Positions 42,520 to 58,140 of a stretch of 64,000 nt of DNA are shown here, piece by piece (within the stretch, counting starts at the first letter, position 1; each line of letters opens with the position of its first letter). The stretch is from Octopus vulgaris. Lineage: Eukaryota. The notes beneath the pieces were generated by a model that ran no database searches, was not told the origin of the DNA, and was given only the letters and a program-made list of their open reading frames with translations. The translations under genes and the position numbers were made by a program. The stretch is taken from the NCBI GenBank assembly GCA_951406725.2, contig OX597819.1, positions 27,156,001-27,220,000 on the forward strand, read 5' to 3'.

Positions 42520-43300
42520 AGTATGCTTCCGCACTCTATGAACAGGAAATAACAGAGGAGACTACGGCTATTTAAATTCAAATCAAGGAGGCAGATGTTT
42601 AACATTGATTCAGACTACTTCTGAATGCTTTGTCATAACAATTCGAAACCACTTATTAACCATCAAATATCGAAGTGCATCTATGGGTTATATCTACGCC
42701 CATGAAGCTAATAGTGTCTATAAAATTGAAAGGGTTGCGGTTGAAATACAGATGGGTTAATTAATGTAGATTCCGTAGAATTAACACCGAAGTTGTGAAA
42801 TTGTAATCTACATAATAAGCAGCTGTCCGAAGGTTTAGTCATGGTATTATCTAACTATGAGACATGCTGTCGTGGTTACAGCATTATACAATATAATTCG
42901 TGGAAAGACTAGTTCAGGAGATGAATAGATGAATATATAAAACGTGGTGTGGACTTGAAATGATATTATTGGAATGTTTCTGTCAAAACTTCTATAAAAT
43001 GTAAGGAAAGCAGCCCAGACATAATGATCAAGGAAAGGAGAAATAAAGTGTGCATGGTAATAGAAATCAGTTATACAACATATGTTAACAGTAAAGAAAA
43101 GGCAGACTAATGAGACATCTGCAGTTGCTCCACCCACACTTTGGTTTTAGAGTTATACATATAACTATTGAGATACCTGGCAATGTAGCTAATTTCCTTT
43201 TCCCCAGACTTGATAAGTCTTCACAGAACTGGTTAAATTAAGAAATTAAAATTACAAGCCATTAACAGAATTATGAAAATATATAGGACATCCCATATGT
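42520..43300 (+). mobile_element. R4/Dong-like non-LTR retrotransposon relic (zinc knuckle + restriction-like endonuclease)
   Basis: Broken frames give LYEQEI, IISSCPKV*SWYYLTMRHAVVVTALYN and YYWNVSVKTSIKCKESSPDIMIKERRNKVCMVIEIS (PD..E motif). Confidence 0.75.
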
Positions 43301-44663
43301 TCAACCTGTAGTGTATGCTAATACACAGGTGTAGCCATAAATATATATGTATTTGTACGCATGCAGAAGTCAAAAGCAGAAACATTCTACGCATGCTTTG
43401 CATGTATGCATTCGCAGGTAGGTGTTCAGATACATAAATATATGACAGCTTCGTTGATATTGTCTAAACTCCAATGAAAGAACATATTTCTAGATTGGAA
43501 GCCGATTCTTCCTCTATTGTCGAGGAATTTTTTAAACAATACCAGAATATACATGCACACGTACATACATACATACATACATACATACATACATACATAC
43601 ATACATACATACATACATACATACATACATGTATGTATGTATGTTCATACTTAGCGACTTGACAACTAAACTACATTTCGATATAAGAATAAGAATTTTC
43701 TAGACGATGTTGAATTTAATAATTGCTTTCCTTTAGTAAAAGTTACATATTCTAAAATAATTTATAGGAAGTTTTCTTTATCATAGTATATATTAACAAT
43801 AAGGCGATGAGCTGGTAGACTTGTTGGAGCGTCGGCGAAAATGCTTTGCGATATATCTTCCTAGTCATTATGGCCTGAGATCGATTCATTATGAAGTCAA
43901 CTTTGCCTTGCCTTCTTTCGGGGTCGATTACATAAAGTACCGGTCAAGTACAAAGGTCAATGTAATCGACTGCCCTCCTTTCCTTAAAATTGTCAGCTTC
44001 GTGCCAAAATTTGAAACAATATTATTACTAATATCGCTGTCTTAACGACACTGAAGACTGGGTCTTTGTTTCCATTTGTGGCACATTACTGGAAGTAACG
44101 TCTGTGAATTATTTACCAGGCATTTTTTACAGCAAATATTGGAGTCGTAGAAAGCTATCTGAAGTTGTAAGTGTCAAGTATTTCATCTAGAAGAATCAAA
44201 AACATTATCAACATTATCAACAGCATTACCAACAACACTATGAGCACCGTCAACACAATTTTGTTCATTATAGTTCATTGACATTAAAGAAGAAGAGAGT
44301 ATAATCCACAAAAGTGCCTCACCACCTAACAGTAACTTAGCCAAGAAGCTACAGCTTTTACATATCCGCCATTTTGTTACTAAACAAGCGTCTCTTCTAA
44401 ATCGTCAGACGGAAAGAATTTTCTGAATTGACTGACTCAAAGATGAATAATTTGAAGACGGGTGGGTAGGAGTAGAAATAAAAGATTTTGTCCACTGAAT
44501 TAAACAGCTATCACTTCATTCTTTTATGAGGACAATTACATTGATTTCCACGTAAATATTTGATTAAAATTTAACGCACAATATATTGACTGAGGAAGTC
44601 AACATGGCGATGACGCTGTTCAAGAGAAGGTCAATATAAATGCATCACTCTTATACAGCTTTT

Positions 44664-44719
<56 letters not shown>

Positions 44720-45019
44720 TCCTTCTTTCTATCTTTCTTTCTTTCCTTCTTTCTCTTCTTCTGCTACTCCACTATTTCCATCTCTGCCTGCCTATCACTT
44801 TTTAGGCCTGTGAATTTCTCCATTCCTCACATATTATATAGTAATTTCTACATAACTGTTTGTGTCAGTCTGGTTGATATCAGATGGATAGTAGCTAACT
44901 AGCTCTCTCTCTCTCTCTCACTCTCTCTCTCTCTCCCATTCTCACACACACACACACACACACTCTCTCTCTCTCTCTCTCTGCATATATATATATGTAT
45001 ATATATATATATATGTATA

Positions 45020-45168
<149 letters not shown>

Positions 45169-45328
45169 GTAAATATGTATACACAAACATTATTTAATAA
45201 CAGTTTGATTCATCTCCATGCAACATAGTTTCGTGGTCTCTTGTACATACATATACATATACATACATACATACTTACTTACATACATACATACATACAT
45301 ACATACACATATATATATACATACACAA

Positions 45329-45457
<129 letters not shown>

Positions 45458-45710
45458 CACACACACACGCACACACACAAGAATGTAGACATACAGACAG
45501 ATAGATCAGTTTGTTTATTTTTCTGCTTTTCATTTACTTTTGTTTCTGTATTTGTGTAACTAAGAATCTATATTTCCCTCATACGCTCTCTCTTCTTCTT
45601 CTTCTTCTCTCTCTCTCACCACTCATTCTTTATCTGCGTATACACACACACACACAAGCACACACAGTCACATATTCTTGTCTATCTGTCGTCTATCTCT
45701 TCCTCCTCCT

Positions 45711-45775
<65 letters not shown>

Positions 45776-45846
45776 GTTCTATCTCTTTGTCAATTGTTAT
45801 TCCCTTATCTCACTTTTAACCATTTCCTCTCTTCCCGTTGTTCTCA

Positions 45847-45877
<31 letters not shown>

Positions 45878-46265
45878 CTTCCCCCACTCCTTTCTCCATG
45901 TTTCCATTATCATTCTCCTCCCACTATCGCTTCCATTTTATCTTCGTATTTCGCTCATCCAGTCCACCTCTTTCCTCTCTTCCTTTTGCCATCTTCACTC
46001 CAACCGTCTCTCTTCTCTCTATCTCTCTATCTCCCCCTCTATAAACGGTTCGCCATTCTCTTCCCTTCTCTCTTTCTATCAACACACTTCGATATGCATC
46101 TCACCTACCCTTACACTAAACAATTTCAATGAATCGTTCCCTATTTTTTATTCCCTTCTAAATTCCAAATTCCTCATTCCAGTTTCATGTCCAGAAACTG
46201 TTTTTGATGTAGGGCAGGAAAGCAGGCACAGAGATGATACTATGAACAAAAGTCACTGAAACTAA

Positions 46266-46345
<80 letters not shown>

Positions 46346-46639
46346 GATAAATAAATAAATAAATAAATAAATAAAACAAACAAAACAAATATAAAGTTTC
46401 GATGACCTCATCATCACGGTTGATATTGGTGACAATAAAAACGACAATAACAACTATTTCAACAACAACAACAACTACTACTACTGTTACTACTGCTACA
46501 AAAACTACAAACACTACTACATTTACCATGGGGAAAATTCCAGCAATAAATAACAGAAAAAATACCAACGCAAAAAATAACAAAGGAATCAGCAACAGCA
46601 TTATCATCAAAGCTCATTATTTAGTTGTTGGTCAAAAGC

Positions 46640-47045
46640 ATAGCTGGGTGGTGAAAAAGTTCGATTCATGGTCGCGGGTTCAGTCCCACTGCGTAGCATG
46701 TTGGGCAAGTGTCTTCTGCTATAGGCCCGAGCCGACCAATGCCTTGTGAGTGGATTTGGTAGACGGAAACTGAAAGAAGCCTGTCGTATATATGTATATA
46801 TATATATATGTGTGTATGTTTGTGTGTCTGTGTTTGTCCCCCTAGCATTGCTTGACAACTGATGCTGGTGTGTTTACGTCCCCGTCACTTAGCGGTTCGG
46901 CAAAAGAGACCGATAGAATAAGTACTGGGCTTACAAAGAATAGGTCCCGGGGTCGATTTGCTCGACTAAAGGCGGTACTCCAGCATGGCCGCAGTCAAAT
47001 GACTGAAACAAGTAAAAGAGTAAAAGAGTAAGAGTAAAAGAGTAT
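46640..47045 (+). mobile_element. tRNA-SINE family A, full length
   Basis: Matches 21693 and 31887. Confidence 0.9.
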
Positions 47046-47632
47046 ACCTATATGGATTTGGGTTCAATACTATAGTGCGGCACTTTGGTTTAGTTTCTTC
47101 TACTATGACCTTTTGAGCTGGATTTGGAAAACGGAAGCTGTGTGTGGAAGCATGGCGGGGTAGCCGTTCCTATTTTGTGGGGCGGTAGACTTAATTTGTC
47201 AGTTTAATATAATTACCTGATAGTTGAGTGACTTTAGTAGACTCAACTTTGTTGTAAAGAACGAAAGCTCAAGAGAGGAATGTCAAAGTTCCCTCATCCC
47301 TCAGGATAATTTCTCCGCACAGTCTCAGAGGCCCCTGAATATATTTATGAACACTGCCCGTATCTTAACCGACTAGAGTGTAGAATAAGAAAAAGAAAAG
47401 GCAGCAATAAAGAACATTACTATAAATAATTTCTAACATAGGCACAAGACATGTAATTCTTAGAAGGTGAGGGTTGGTGGGTTACATCGGAGAAACGAAA
47501 GGTAAATTAACATCGGCTGAATTTGAATTCAGAATGGAGAGTCGAAAGAAAAACTGCTAGGCAGTTCGTTCGATGCTCCACATGATTTGTATTTTTAAAT
47601 TATCGATTTCGAAAGGATGAAAGGCAAAGTTG

Positions 47633-47975
47633 ATCTACCCGCCGTCAGACATCTACCATACTCTGAAGGTCTTGCTTCCTTGGGCACGGATACATTAAAG
47701 CTCAGACGTCTGGCAACTGACTTGGAAGGCACCCACAAGATTATCCACCAACTTACCAACAACCTTGGGCATCTTTTTGAATTGCATATGACAAACACTC
47801 ACGAACATGCTTATAAAACCAAAAAATACAACACAACACCCATGACTTTCGGAAACATTTCTTACGCTCAGAATTGCTGAAGCATGCAATAAACTACCCG
47901 CATCAGATGCTAGCTGTCGAGACATTACATCCTTCAAAACTTCCATGCTTCCAGAAATCCGCCAACGGTACACCT
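47633..47975 (+). mobile_element. CR1/L2-group LINE 3' fragment
   Basis: HLPYSEGLASLGTDTLKLRRLATDLEGTHKII...HAYK resembles the LSYEERL..L.L.SLE.RRLR.DL...YKI...TRGH.YK C-terminus of CR1-type ORF2. Confidence 0.75.
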
Positions 47976-49169
47976 GATGGCTTTCTTTTCTGTTCTTTTT
48001 TTTTAGTTTTAATGCACCGCAGCACTGCATGCATCAATTTCCTTCATCATATATCTAGGTATTATTTGAACTCAGAATGTATACAGCCGGTATAAATATC
48101 ACTAGACATTTCTTTATGCCGTTCTCAAGATGCCACTAACTCACCGTCTGACATCAACAGCATTTCTTTCTACTAAAGAGGCACAAGGCATGAAATTCTG
48201 CGGGAGGGAGTTAGTCGATTACATCAACGCTTTCTCTGGTGTTTATATCATCAATCGTGAAAGGATGAAAGGTAAAGCCCGACCTCAGAACGTAAAGACG
48301 GGAGAAATGCTTGCTAAGGATTTTGTCCGACGAGGTAACGATTATGTCAGATCACTGCCTTTCTAACATCAATAATCCTTTCTACTATGGGCATAAGGTC
48401 TGAAAATCGGCCTCAGAGGAATTTGAACCCAGTACAGAAATACATATGAAATGCGGCTATGCATTTCGTCTGGCATGCAAACGATTTTGTCAGTTTGCCA
48501 CTTTATATACGCGCGCGTGCGCGTGTGTGAGAGAGATAGAGGGAAAGAAACAGACAAACAGACACACACATACACACATATATATATATGTATATATCTT
48601 TACATACATTCAAAGAGAAACAATGAATACACATACAAACATACAAAAGCACACATACAAACAAAGACACGTGCATACTCATGCATAGACGGAAGGGCAG
48701 TACTTCAGAGTATTGCTCTGAAAGTGGCCTAGAAACAATGAATACACATACAAACAAAGACACGTGCATACTCATGCATACATACGACCAGATGGAAGGG
48801 CAGTACTTCAGAGTATTGCTCTGAAAGTGGCCTTAACAAAACTGCTCAACAGTTTATGCCCAAGGTCAGCTGGAATCAGTGCATTATTGCATGAGGTCAC
48901 CAGCTCTTAGACGCAGCTCACTCCTTTACAAAGTAAAAAATAAATATGTTTATATAAAAAAAAGGAAACAAATATATTACATCATGCAAAAGCTAACGAT
49001 CCATCTGTGGTCAGTGAACAAAAGTGCCATTGTTGAGAGATTAAGGCTTCGCATGGACATTAAATTAATCACCAATATCTCTGAAAAGAATTTAATGGAT
49101 TTACACGCACACGCACCCAGACACACACTGGGTGATGATGATGATGATGAGGAGGAGGAGAAGGAGGAT

Positions 49170-49206
<37 letters not shown>

Positions 49207-49305
49207 CGATGATTAGCGTGCTAGACAAAATGTTTAGCAGCATTTTCCCCGTCCCGTAGTATACATGCGGTGTTAGGTGCATACATGAATGTTTATTGAG
49301 TATGA

Positions 49306-49367
<62 letters not shown>

Positions 49368-49398
49368 ATGTGTGTGTCTGTGCATGTGTGTTGTACAT

Positions 49399-49943
<545 letters not shown>

Positions 49944-50072
49944 GCAAATGCAAGGAAACAGTTGCATAATCAAATGCCTGCACACCTGGCGAACTATGTT
50001 GCGTAGAAATAATTGTACTGATTAAAGAATAAAAGACCAAGCCTACCCCTTCTTGTTGATTCCAATGTTTTC

Positions 50073-50131
<59 letters not shown>

Positions 50132-50289
50132 CGTATATTTGTTATTTGAACATGGCTAACCCCTAAGGGTGGATGCTACTGTAGTTTGTAGCCCCAGGAG
50201 GACACCTCCTCCAGCTGGCTATAGACACACTTTCTGTGCCCTATCAGTATTTGCAAAGGGAAGCCATCCTTCCCGTTTTCAACTTATGA

Positions 50290-50456
50290 TACACACGAAC
50301 TCGAGTTTCAGGGTATTGACATGTCATCGGCGTGTGACATCAGTGTCAATCGATACTGGAAAATGTATATGTATTTGTGAAGGGAACCTACTTCTCATCG
50401 ACAACTATGATTGTCACACGCCGATGGCGGGTCAAGATTCTGAAACTCGAGTCCGA
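50290..50456. ncRNA. Inverted pair of hammerhead-like motifs
   Basis: Minus 50292-50336 reads cacacg CCGATGA ... GAAAC TCGA GTT cgtgtg (6-bp stem I, palindromic AACTCGAGTT). The plus partner is at 50412-50455. Confidence 0.55.
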
Positions 50457-50504
50457 AAAGAAAATATAAAATACACGTGGAAATGTAAGGGTAAAATATC
50501 CATC

Positions 50505-50673
50505 ATAGATCGTTAGCCACTACACACATTTTTTTCTCTCCTTGTTTTTTCTGTGTCCCTTTCTGTAGAAGAGCGTAGGCTCGAAACGTAAAAGACTTTT
50601 TCAATTCCTGAGCATTATACTAATACATCTGTTTGTTTTGTTTACCACCTGTCTTCGTCTTTTGTTTTTTTGT

Positions 50674-50678
<5 letters not shown>
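50505..50678 (+). mobile_element. Hammerhead-bearing element, GAGCGTAGGCTC family
   Basis: cttt CTGTAGA a gagc-gtag-gctc GAAAC GTA aaag at 50559-50594. A near-identical copy lies at 60333-60503. Confidence 0.65.
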
Positions 50679-50771
<93 letters not shown>

Positions 50772-51722
50772 GCTAGTTATAAAATCTCCCTAAGAGATAA
50801 ATGCCGTAGTTGTGCTATCAAATAGTATTCGTAGCCACTTCACCATTGCTGTCCGTTCCAACGAACTCTACTGGGATTTGTTTAGCCCCAAGAGTGCTTA
50901 TATATACATACATATATACAATGAGCTTCTTTCTGTTTCCCTCTACCAAATCCACTCACAAGGCTTTGGTCGGCTCGCGGCTATAGTAGAACACACTTTC
51001 CAAGGTGCCAAGCAGTGGAAGTGAACACGGAGCCATGTGGTTGGGAAGCAAGCTTCTTACCACACAGCCACGCTTGCACCTTCACACACGCACACACACA
51101 CACACACATACACACACACAAACACACATATCATTACATACATTCAAAGAGAAACAATGAATACACATACAAACAAAGACACGTGCATACTCATGCATAC
51201 ATACGACCAGATGGAAGGGCAGTACTTCAGAGTATTGCTCTGAAAGTGGCCTTAACAAAACTGCTCAACAGTTTATGCCCAAGGTCAGCTGGAATCAGTG
51301 CATTATTGCATGAGGTCACCAGCTCTTAGACGCAACTCACTCCTTTACAAAGTAAAAAATAAATATGTTTATATAAAAAAAAAGGAAACAAATATATTAC
51401 ATCATGCAAAAGCTAACGATCCATCTGTGGTCAGTGAACAAAAGCGCCATTGTTGAGAGATTAAGGCTTCGCATGGACATTAAATTAATCACCAATATCT
51501 CTAAAAAGAATTTAATGGATTTACACGCACAAGCACCCAGACACACACTGGGTGATGCTGATAATGATGATGAGGAGGAGGAGGAGGATATGATGATGAT
51601 GATGATGATGATAATGATGATGATGATTAGCGTGCTAGGCAAAATGTTTTGCAGCATTTTCTCCGTCCCGTAGTATACATGCGGTGTTAGGTGCATACAT
51701 GAATGGCTATTGAGTATGAATA

Positions 51723-51782
<60 letters not shown>

Positions 51783-52105
51783 TGTGTGTCTGTGCATGTG
51801 TGTGTCCTGTGCATGTGTGTGTCTGTGCATGTGTGTTGTACATATCAGGTGTCTTGGGGAAATTTCGAAACTGGGTTCTCATTACTAAGGTAATTTTCGA
51901 TGCTATTCTTCTTCTCCTTCTTCTTCTTCTTATTATTATTATTATTAATATTATTATTATTATTATTATTAATATCATTATTATTATTATTATTCACGTC
52001 ACTGCCTGGATTAGAACTCGAAATCTTGGCGTTAGTTAAGTGTAGCCCGCGCTCTTAACTACTACGCCATAACTCCAAGATTCCGAGTTCGATTCCAGGC
52101 AGTGA

Positions 52106-52171
<66 letters not shown>

Positions 52172-52423
52172 CAACATCGAAAGATAACCAGGTTCGAAAT
52201 TTCCCCAAGACACCTGATGAAGGCTGGAGGGTATATAAGCCGAAACTTTGTGTTGACGACAAACAAGATGAGGACAAATATACGTCAAATGTAAGCAAAT
52301 GCAAGGAAACAGTTGCATAATCAAATCCCTGCACACCTGGTGAACTATGTTGCGTAGAAATAATTGTACTGATTAAAGAATAAATGACCAAGCCTACCCC
52401 TTCTTGTTGATTCCAATGTTTTC

Positions 52424-52475
<52 letters not shown>

Positions 52476-52521
52476 TTCACCGTACATATCTCTACGAGAG
52501 ATTTAGAAATTTAGTATTTCT

Positions 52522-52570
<49 letters not shown>

Positions 52571-54417
52571 TCACACACATATATATATATATTTATACAT
52601 CTTAATCTTTTTGATGCGACTCTTCCCTATACTGTTCTCTCCCTCTATCGTTTTGTCTCTCTCTCCCTCTTTCCCCTTTACTCTCTCTCTCTCTCTCTTT
52701 CTCACTGCTCACACGTGACTATCATCCATCTTTCTTTTCCTCTCGTGATCATCTTTGTTTTCTTTCAGTACTGTCCTAGAGGTTGGATGTATCCTATCTA
52801 GAAACATATCTCTCTCTTCTATCTTTTCTCTTGTCAAAGAAAATATTTCTCCAGCGTTCGCTATTTTACCCTCGTTCTGGTTTAACGACCCGCTCCCCAT
52901 GTTTGTTTTCGTTTTGGTTCCTTGTATGTTTCCACTGGTCTGTTTCTGTTGCCAACTGTGACCCTGCACAAATCCCAAATTTTATTTTGGTATTTGTCGT
53001 TCAATGCTCGAAATGAAGAGTAGATAGGCAGCCGACAACTGATGAAGGGTCGTTCTTTATGTTACTTGTCCTGTTTTCCATTTGTTTTTCTCGTTGTTTG
53101 GGTATTGAATTCATGTATTTTCATATCGTATCGTTTTTACTGTTTGTGACGTCCTATACCCATATATGCATATGTATACATATGTGTGTGTGTGTGTATA
53201 AAATATGCTAGTTCTAAAATCTCACTAAGAGATAAACGCAGTAGTTGTGCTATCAAATAGTATTCGTAGCCACTTCACCATCGCTGTCCGTTCCAACGAA
53301 CTCTACTGGGATTTGTTTAGCCCCAAGAGTGCTTATATATACATAAATATATACAATGAGCTTCTTTCTGTTTCCCTCTACCAAATCCACTCACAAGGCT
53401 TTGGTCGGCTCGCGGCTATAGTAGAACACACTCGCCAAGGTGCCAAGCAGTGGAAGTGAACCCGGAGCCTTGTGGTTGGGAAACAAGCTTCTTACCACAT
53501 AGCTACGTTTGCGCCTTCACACACTCACACACACAAAACACACACACACACACACAATCGCACATATTTTTACATACATTCAAAGAGAAACAATGAATAC
53601 ACTTACAAACATACAAAAGCACACATACAAACAAAGACACGTGCATACTCATGCACACATACGACCAAACGGAAGGGCAGTACTTCAGAGTATTGCCCTG
53701 AAAGTGGCCTCAACAGTTTAGGTCCAAGGTCAGCTGAAATCAGTGCATTATTGCATGAGGTCACCAGCTCTTAGACGCAGCTCACTCCTTTACAAAGTAA
53801 AAAATATGTTTATATAAAAAAAAGGAAACAAATATTATTACATCATGCAAAAGCTAACGATCCATCTGTGGTCAGTGAACAAAAGCGCCATTGTTGAGAG
53901 ATTAAGGCTTCGCTTGGACATTAAATTAATCACCAATATCTCTAAAAATAATTTAATGGATTTACACACACACGCACCCAGACACACACACAAAAATATA
54001 AATAAAAAAACAGCACACAATAAAAGTAGATGATGATGGTGATGATGGTGATGAGGATGATGATGGTGCTGGTGATGATGATGATTAGCACGCTAGAGAA
54101 AATGTTTAGTAGCATTTTTCCCGGCCATTTCGTTCTGTGCTCCAAGGTCTTTCATCTAATCGACAAAATAAGTGCCACTTGAACATTCGAATCGATATAA
54201 TTGAGTAGACCCAACCCCACAAAAATTTCAGACTTTGTGCCTATAGTATTATAGTAAAAAAAATTTATAATTATTATCATTATTAAGTGTGATAGCTGGC
54301 AGAATCGCTAGCACGGCGCGTGAAATGCATAGCGGTATCTCGTCTGCCGTTACGTTCTGAGTTCAAATTCCGCCGAGGTCGACTTTGCCTTTCATCTTTT
54401 CGGGGTTACGCACTGGG

Positions 54418-54517
54418 NNNNNNNNNNNNNNNNNNNNNNNNNNNNNNNNNNNNNNNNNNNNNNNNNNNNNNNNNNNNNNNNNNNNNNNNNNNNNNNNNNN
54501 NNNNNNNNNNNNNNNNN
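54418..54517. other. Assembly gap (100 N)
   Basis: Run of exactly 100 n. Confidence 1.
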
Positions 54518-54960
54518 AGAGAAACAATGAATACACATACAAACAAAGACACGTGCATACTCATGCATACATACGACCAGATGGAAGGGCAGTACTTCAG
54601 AGTATTGCTCTGAAAGTGGCCTTAACAAAACTGCTCAACAGTTTATGCCCAAGGTCAGCTGGAATCAGTGCATTATTGCATGAGGTCACCAGCTCTTAGA
54701 CGCAACTCACTCCTTTACAAAGTAAAAAATAAATATGTTTATATAAAAAAAAAGGAAACAAATATATTACATCATGCAAAAGCTAACGATCCATCTGTGG
54801 TCAGTGAACAAAAGCGCCATTGTTGAGAGATTAAGGCTTCGCATGGACATTAAATTAATCACCAATATCTCTAAAAAGAATTTAATGGATTTACACGCAC
54901 AAGCACCCAGACACACACTGGGTGATGCTGATAATGATGATGATGGAGGAGGAGGAGGAT

Positions 54961-54999
<39 letters not shown>

Positions 55000-55093
55000 A
55001 GCGTGCTAGGCAAAATGTTTAGCAGCATTTTCTCCGTCCCGTAGTATACATGCGGTGTTAGGTGCATACATGAATGGCTATTGAGTATGAATA

Positions 55094-55149
<56 letters not shown>

Positions 55150-55472
55150 TGTGTGTCTGTGCATGTGTGTGTGCCTGTGCATGTGTGTGTCTGTGCATGT
55201 GTGTTGTACATATCAGGTGTCTTGGGGAAATTTCGAAACTGGGTTCTCATTACTAAGGTAATTTTCGATGCTATTCTTCTTCTCTTCTTCTTCTTCTTAT
55301 TATTATTATTATTAATATTATTATTATTATTATTATTAATATCATTATTATTATTATTATTCACGTCACTGCCTGGATTAGAACTCGAAATCTTGGCGTT
55401 AGTTAAGTGTAGCCCGCGCTCTTAACTACTACGCCATAACTCCAAGATTCCGAGTTCGATTCCAGGCAGTGA

Positions 55473-55535
<63 letters not shown>

Positions 55536-55787
55536 CAACATCGAAAGATAACCAGGTTCGAAATTTCCCCAAGACACCTGATGAAGGCTGGAGGGTATAT
55601 AAGCCGAAACTTTGTGTTGACGACAAACAAGATGAGGACAAATATACGTCAAATGTAAGCAAATGCAAGGAAACAGTTGCATAATCAAATCCCTGCACAC
55701 CTGGTGAACTATGTTGCGTAGAAATAATTGTACTGATTAAAGAATAAATGACCAAGCCTACCCCTTCTTGTTGATTCCAATGTTTTC

Positions 55788-55837
<50 letters not shown>

Positions 55838-55883
55838 TTCACCGTACATATCTCTACGAGAGATTTAGAAATTTAGTATTTCT

Positions 55884-55915
<32 letters not shown>

Positions 55916-57631
55916 CTCACACACATATATATATATATTTATACATCTTAATCTTTTTGATGCGACTCTTCCCTATACTGTTCTCTCCCTCTATCGTTTT
56001 CTCTCTCTCTCCTCTTTCCCCTTTACTCTCTCTCTCTCTCTCTCTTTCTCACTGCTCACACGTGACTATCATCCATCTTTCTTTTCCTCTCGTGATCATC
56101 TTTGTTTTCTTTCAGTACTGTCCTAGAGGTTGGATGTATCCTATCTAGAAACATATCTCTCTCTTCTATCTTTTCTCTTGTCAAAGAAAATATTTCTCCA
56201 GCGTTCGCTATTTTACCCTCGTTCTGGTTTAACGACCCGCTCCCCATGTTTGTTTTCGTTTTGGTTCCTTGTATGTTTACACTGGTCTGTTTCTGTTGCC
56301 AACTGTGACCCTGCACAAATCCCAAATTTTATTTTGGTATTTGTCGTTCAATGCTCGAAATGAAGAGTAGATAGGCAGCCGACAACTGATGAAGGGTCGT
56401 TCTTTATGTTACTTGTCCTGTTTTCCATTTGTTTTTCTCGTTGTTTGGGTATTGAATTCATGTATTTTCATATCGTATCGTTTTTACTGTTTGTGACGTC
56501 CTATACCCATATATGCATATGTATACATATGTGTGTGTGTGTATAAAATATGCTAGTTCTAAAATCTCCCTAAGAGATAAACGCAGTAGTTGTGCTATCA
56601 AATAGTATTCGTAGCCACTTCACCATCGCTGTCCGTTCCAACGAACTCTACTGGGATTTGTTTAGCCCCAAGAGTGCTTATATATACATAAATATATACA
56701 ATGAGCTTCTTTCTGTTTCCCTCTACCAAATCCACTCACAAGGCTTTGGTCGGCTCGCGGCTATAGTAGAACACACTCGCCAAGGTGCCAAGCAGTGGAA
56801 GTGAACCCGGAGCCTTGTGGTTGGGAAACAAGCTTCTTACCACATAGCTACGTTTGCGCCTTCACACACTCACACACACAAACACACACACACACACACA
56901 CAATCGCACATATTTTTACATACATTCAAAGAGAAACAATGAATACACTTACAAACATACAAAAGCACACATACAAACAAAGACACGTGCATACTCATGC
57001 ACACATACGACCAAACGGAAGGGCAGTACTTCAGAGTATTGCCCTGAAAGTGGCCTCAACAGTTTAGGTCCAAGGTCAGCTGAAATCAGTGCATTATTGC
57101 ATGAGGTCACCAGCTCTTAGACGCAGCTCACTCCTTTACAAAGTAAAAAATATGTTTATATAAAAAAAAGGAAACAAATATTATTACATCATGCAAAAGC
57201 TAACGATCCATCTGTGGTCAGTGAACAAAAGCGCCATTGTTGAGAGATTAAGGCTTCGCTTGGACATTAAATTAATCACCAATATCTCTAAAAAGAATTT
57301 AATGGATTTACACACACACGCACCCAGACACACACACAAAAATATAAATAAAAAAACAGCACACAATAAAAGTAGATGATGATGGTGATGATGGTGATGA
57401 GGATGATGATGGTGCTGGTGATGATGATGATTAGCACGCTAGAGAAAATGTTTAGTAGCATTTTTCCCGGCCATTTCGTTCTGTGCTCCAAGGTCTTTCA
57501 TCTAATCGACAAAATAAGTGCCACTTGAACATTCGAATCGATATAATTGAGTAGACCCAACCCCACAAAAATTTCAGACTTTGTGCCTATAGTATTATAG
57601 TAAAAAAAATTTATAATTATTATCATTATTA

Positions 57632-58140
57632 AGTGTGATAGCTGGCAGAATCGCTAGCACGGCGCGTGAAATGCATAGCGGTATCTCGTCTGCCGTTACG
57701 TTCTGAGTTCAAATTCCGCCGAGGTCGACTTTGCCTTTCATCTTTTCGGGGTTACGCACTGGGGGTCGATGTAATCGACTTAATCCGTTTGTCTGTCCTT
57801 GTTTGTCTCCTCTATGTTTAGCCCCTTGTGGCCAATAAAGAAGTAAGAAACGTTAGCACGCCGGGCGAAATGCTTAGCGGTCGATGTAATCGACTACTCA
57901 CAGTCCCCCAAATTTCAGGCCTTCTGCCTCTAGTAAAAAATATTATTATAATCATTATTATGTCGGTGAGCTGGGAGAATCGTTAGCATGCAAAGCAAAA
58001 TGCTTAGCGGTATTTCGTCCGCCTGTACGTTCTAAGTTCAAATTCCGCCTAGGTCGTCTTTGAACTTTATCTCTTTCGGTGTAGATGAAATAAGTACAAC
58101 TTGAGTAACCTGCTAGTCCCCAAACTTGCGGGGCTTTTGC
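57632..58140 (+). mobile_element. tRNA-SINE family B cluster or multimer
   Basis: A full unit, a restart at ~57846, and another copy from ~57963. Confidence 0.85.

Noticed and set aside
44366-44609. Two YY1-like motifs (CCGCCATTTT, AACATGGCG) as a promoter
   Set aside because: They are short motifs with no other supporting evidence from the sequence alone.
48983-49110. Repeated plus-strand ORF MQKLTIHLWSVNKSAIVERLRLRMDIK (five copies)
   Set aside because: Recurrence is explained by the DNA duplication. It runs into microsatellite and has no recognisable domain.
53005-53060. CTGATGAAGGG preceded by CTCGAAA (also ~56352-56400) as a permuted hammerhead
   Set aside because: There is no downstream GAAA for type I/III, and no convincing stem I or III for type II.
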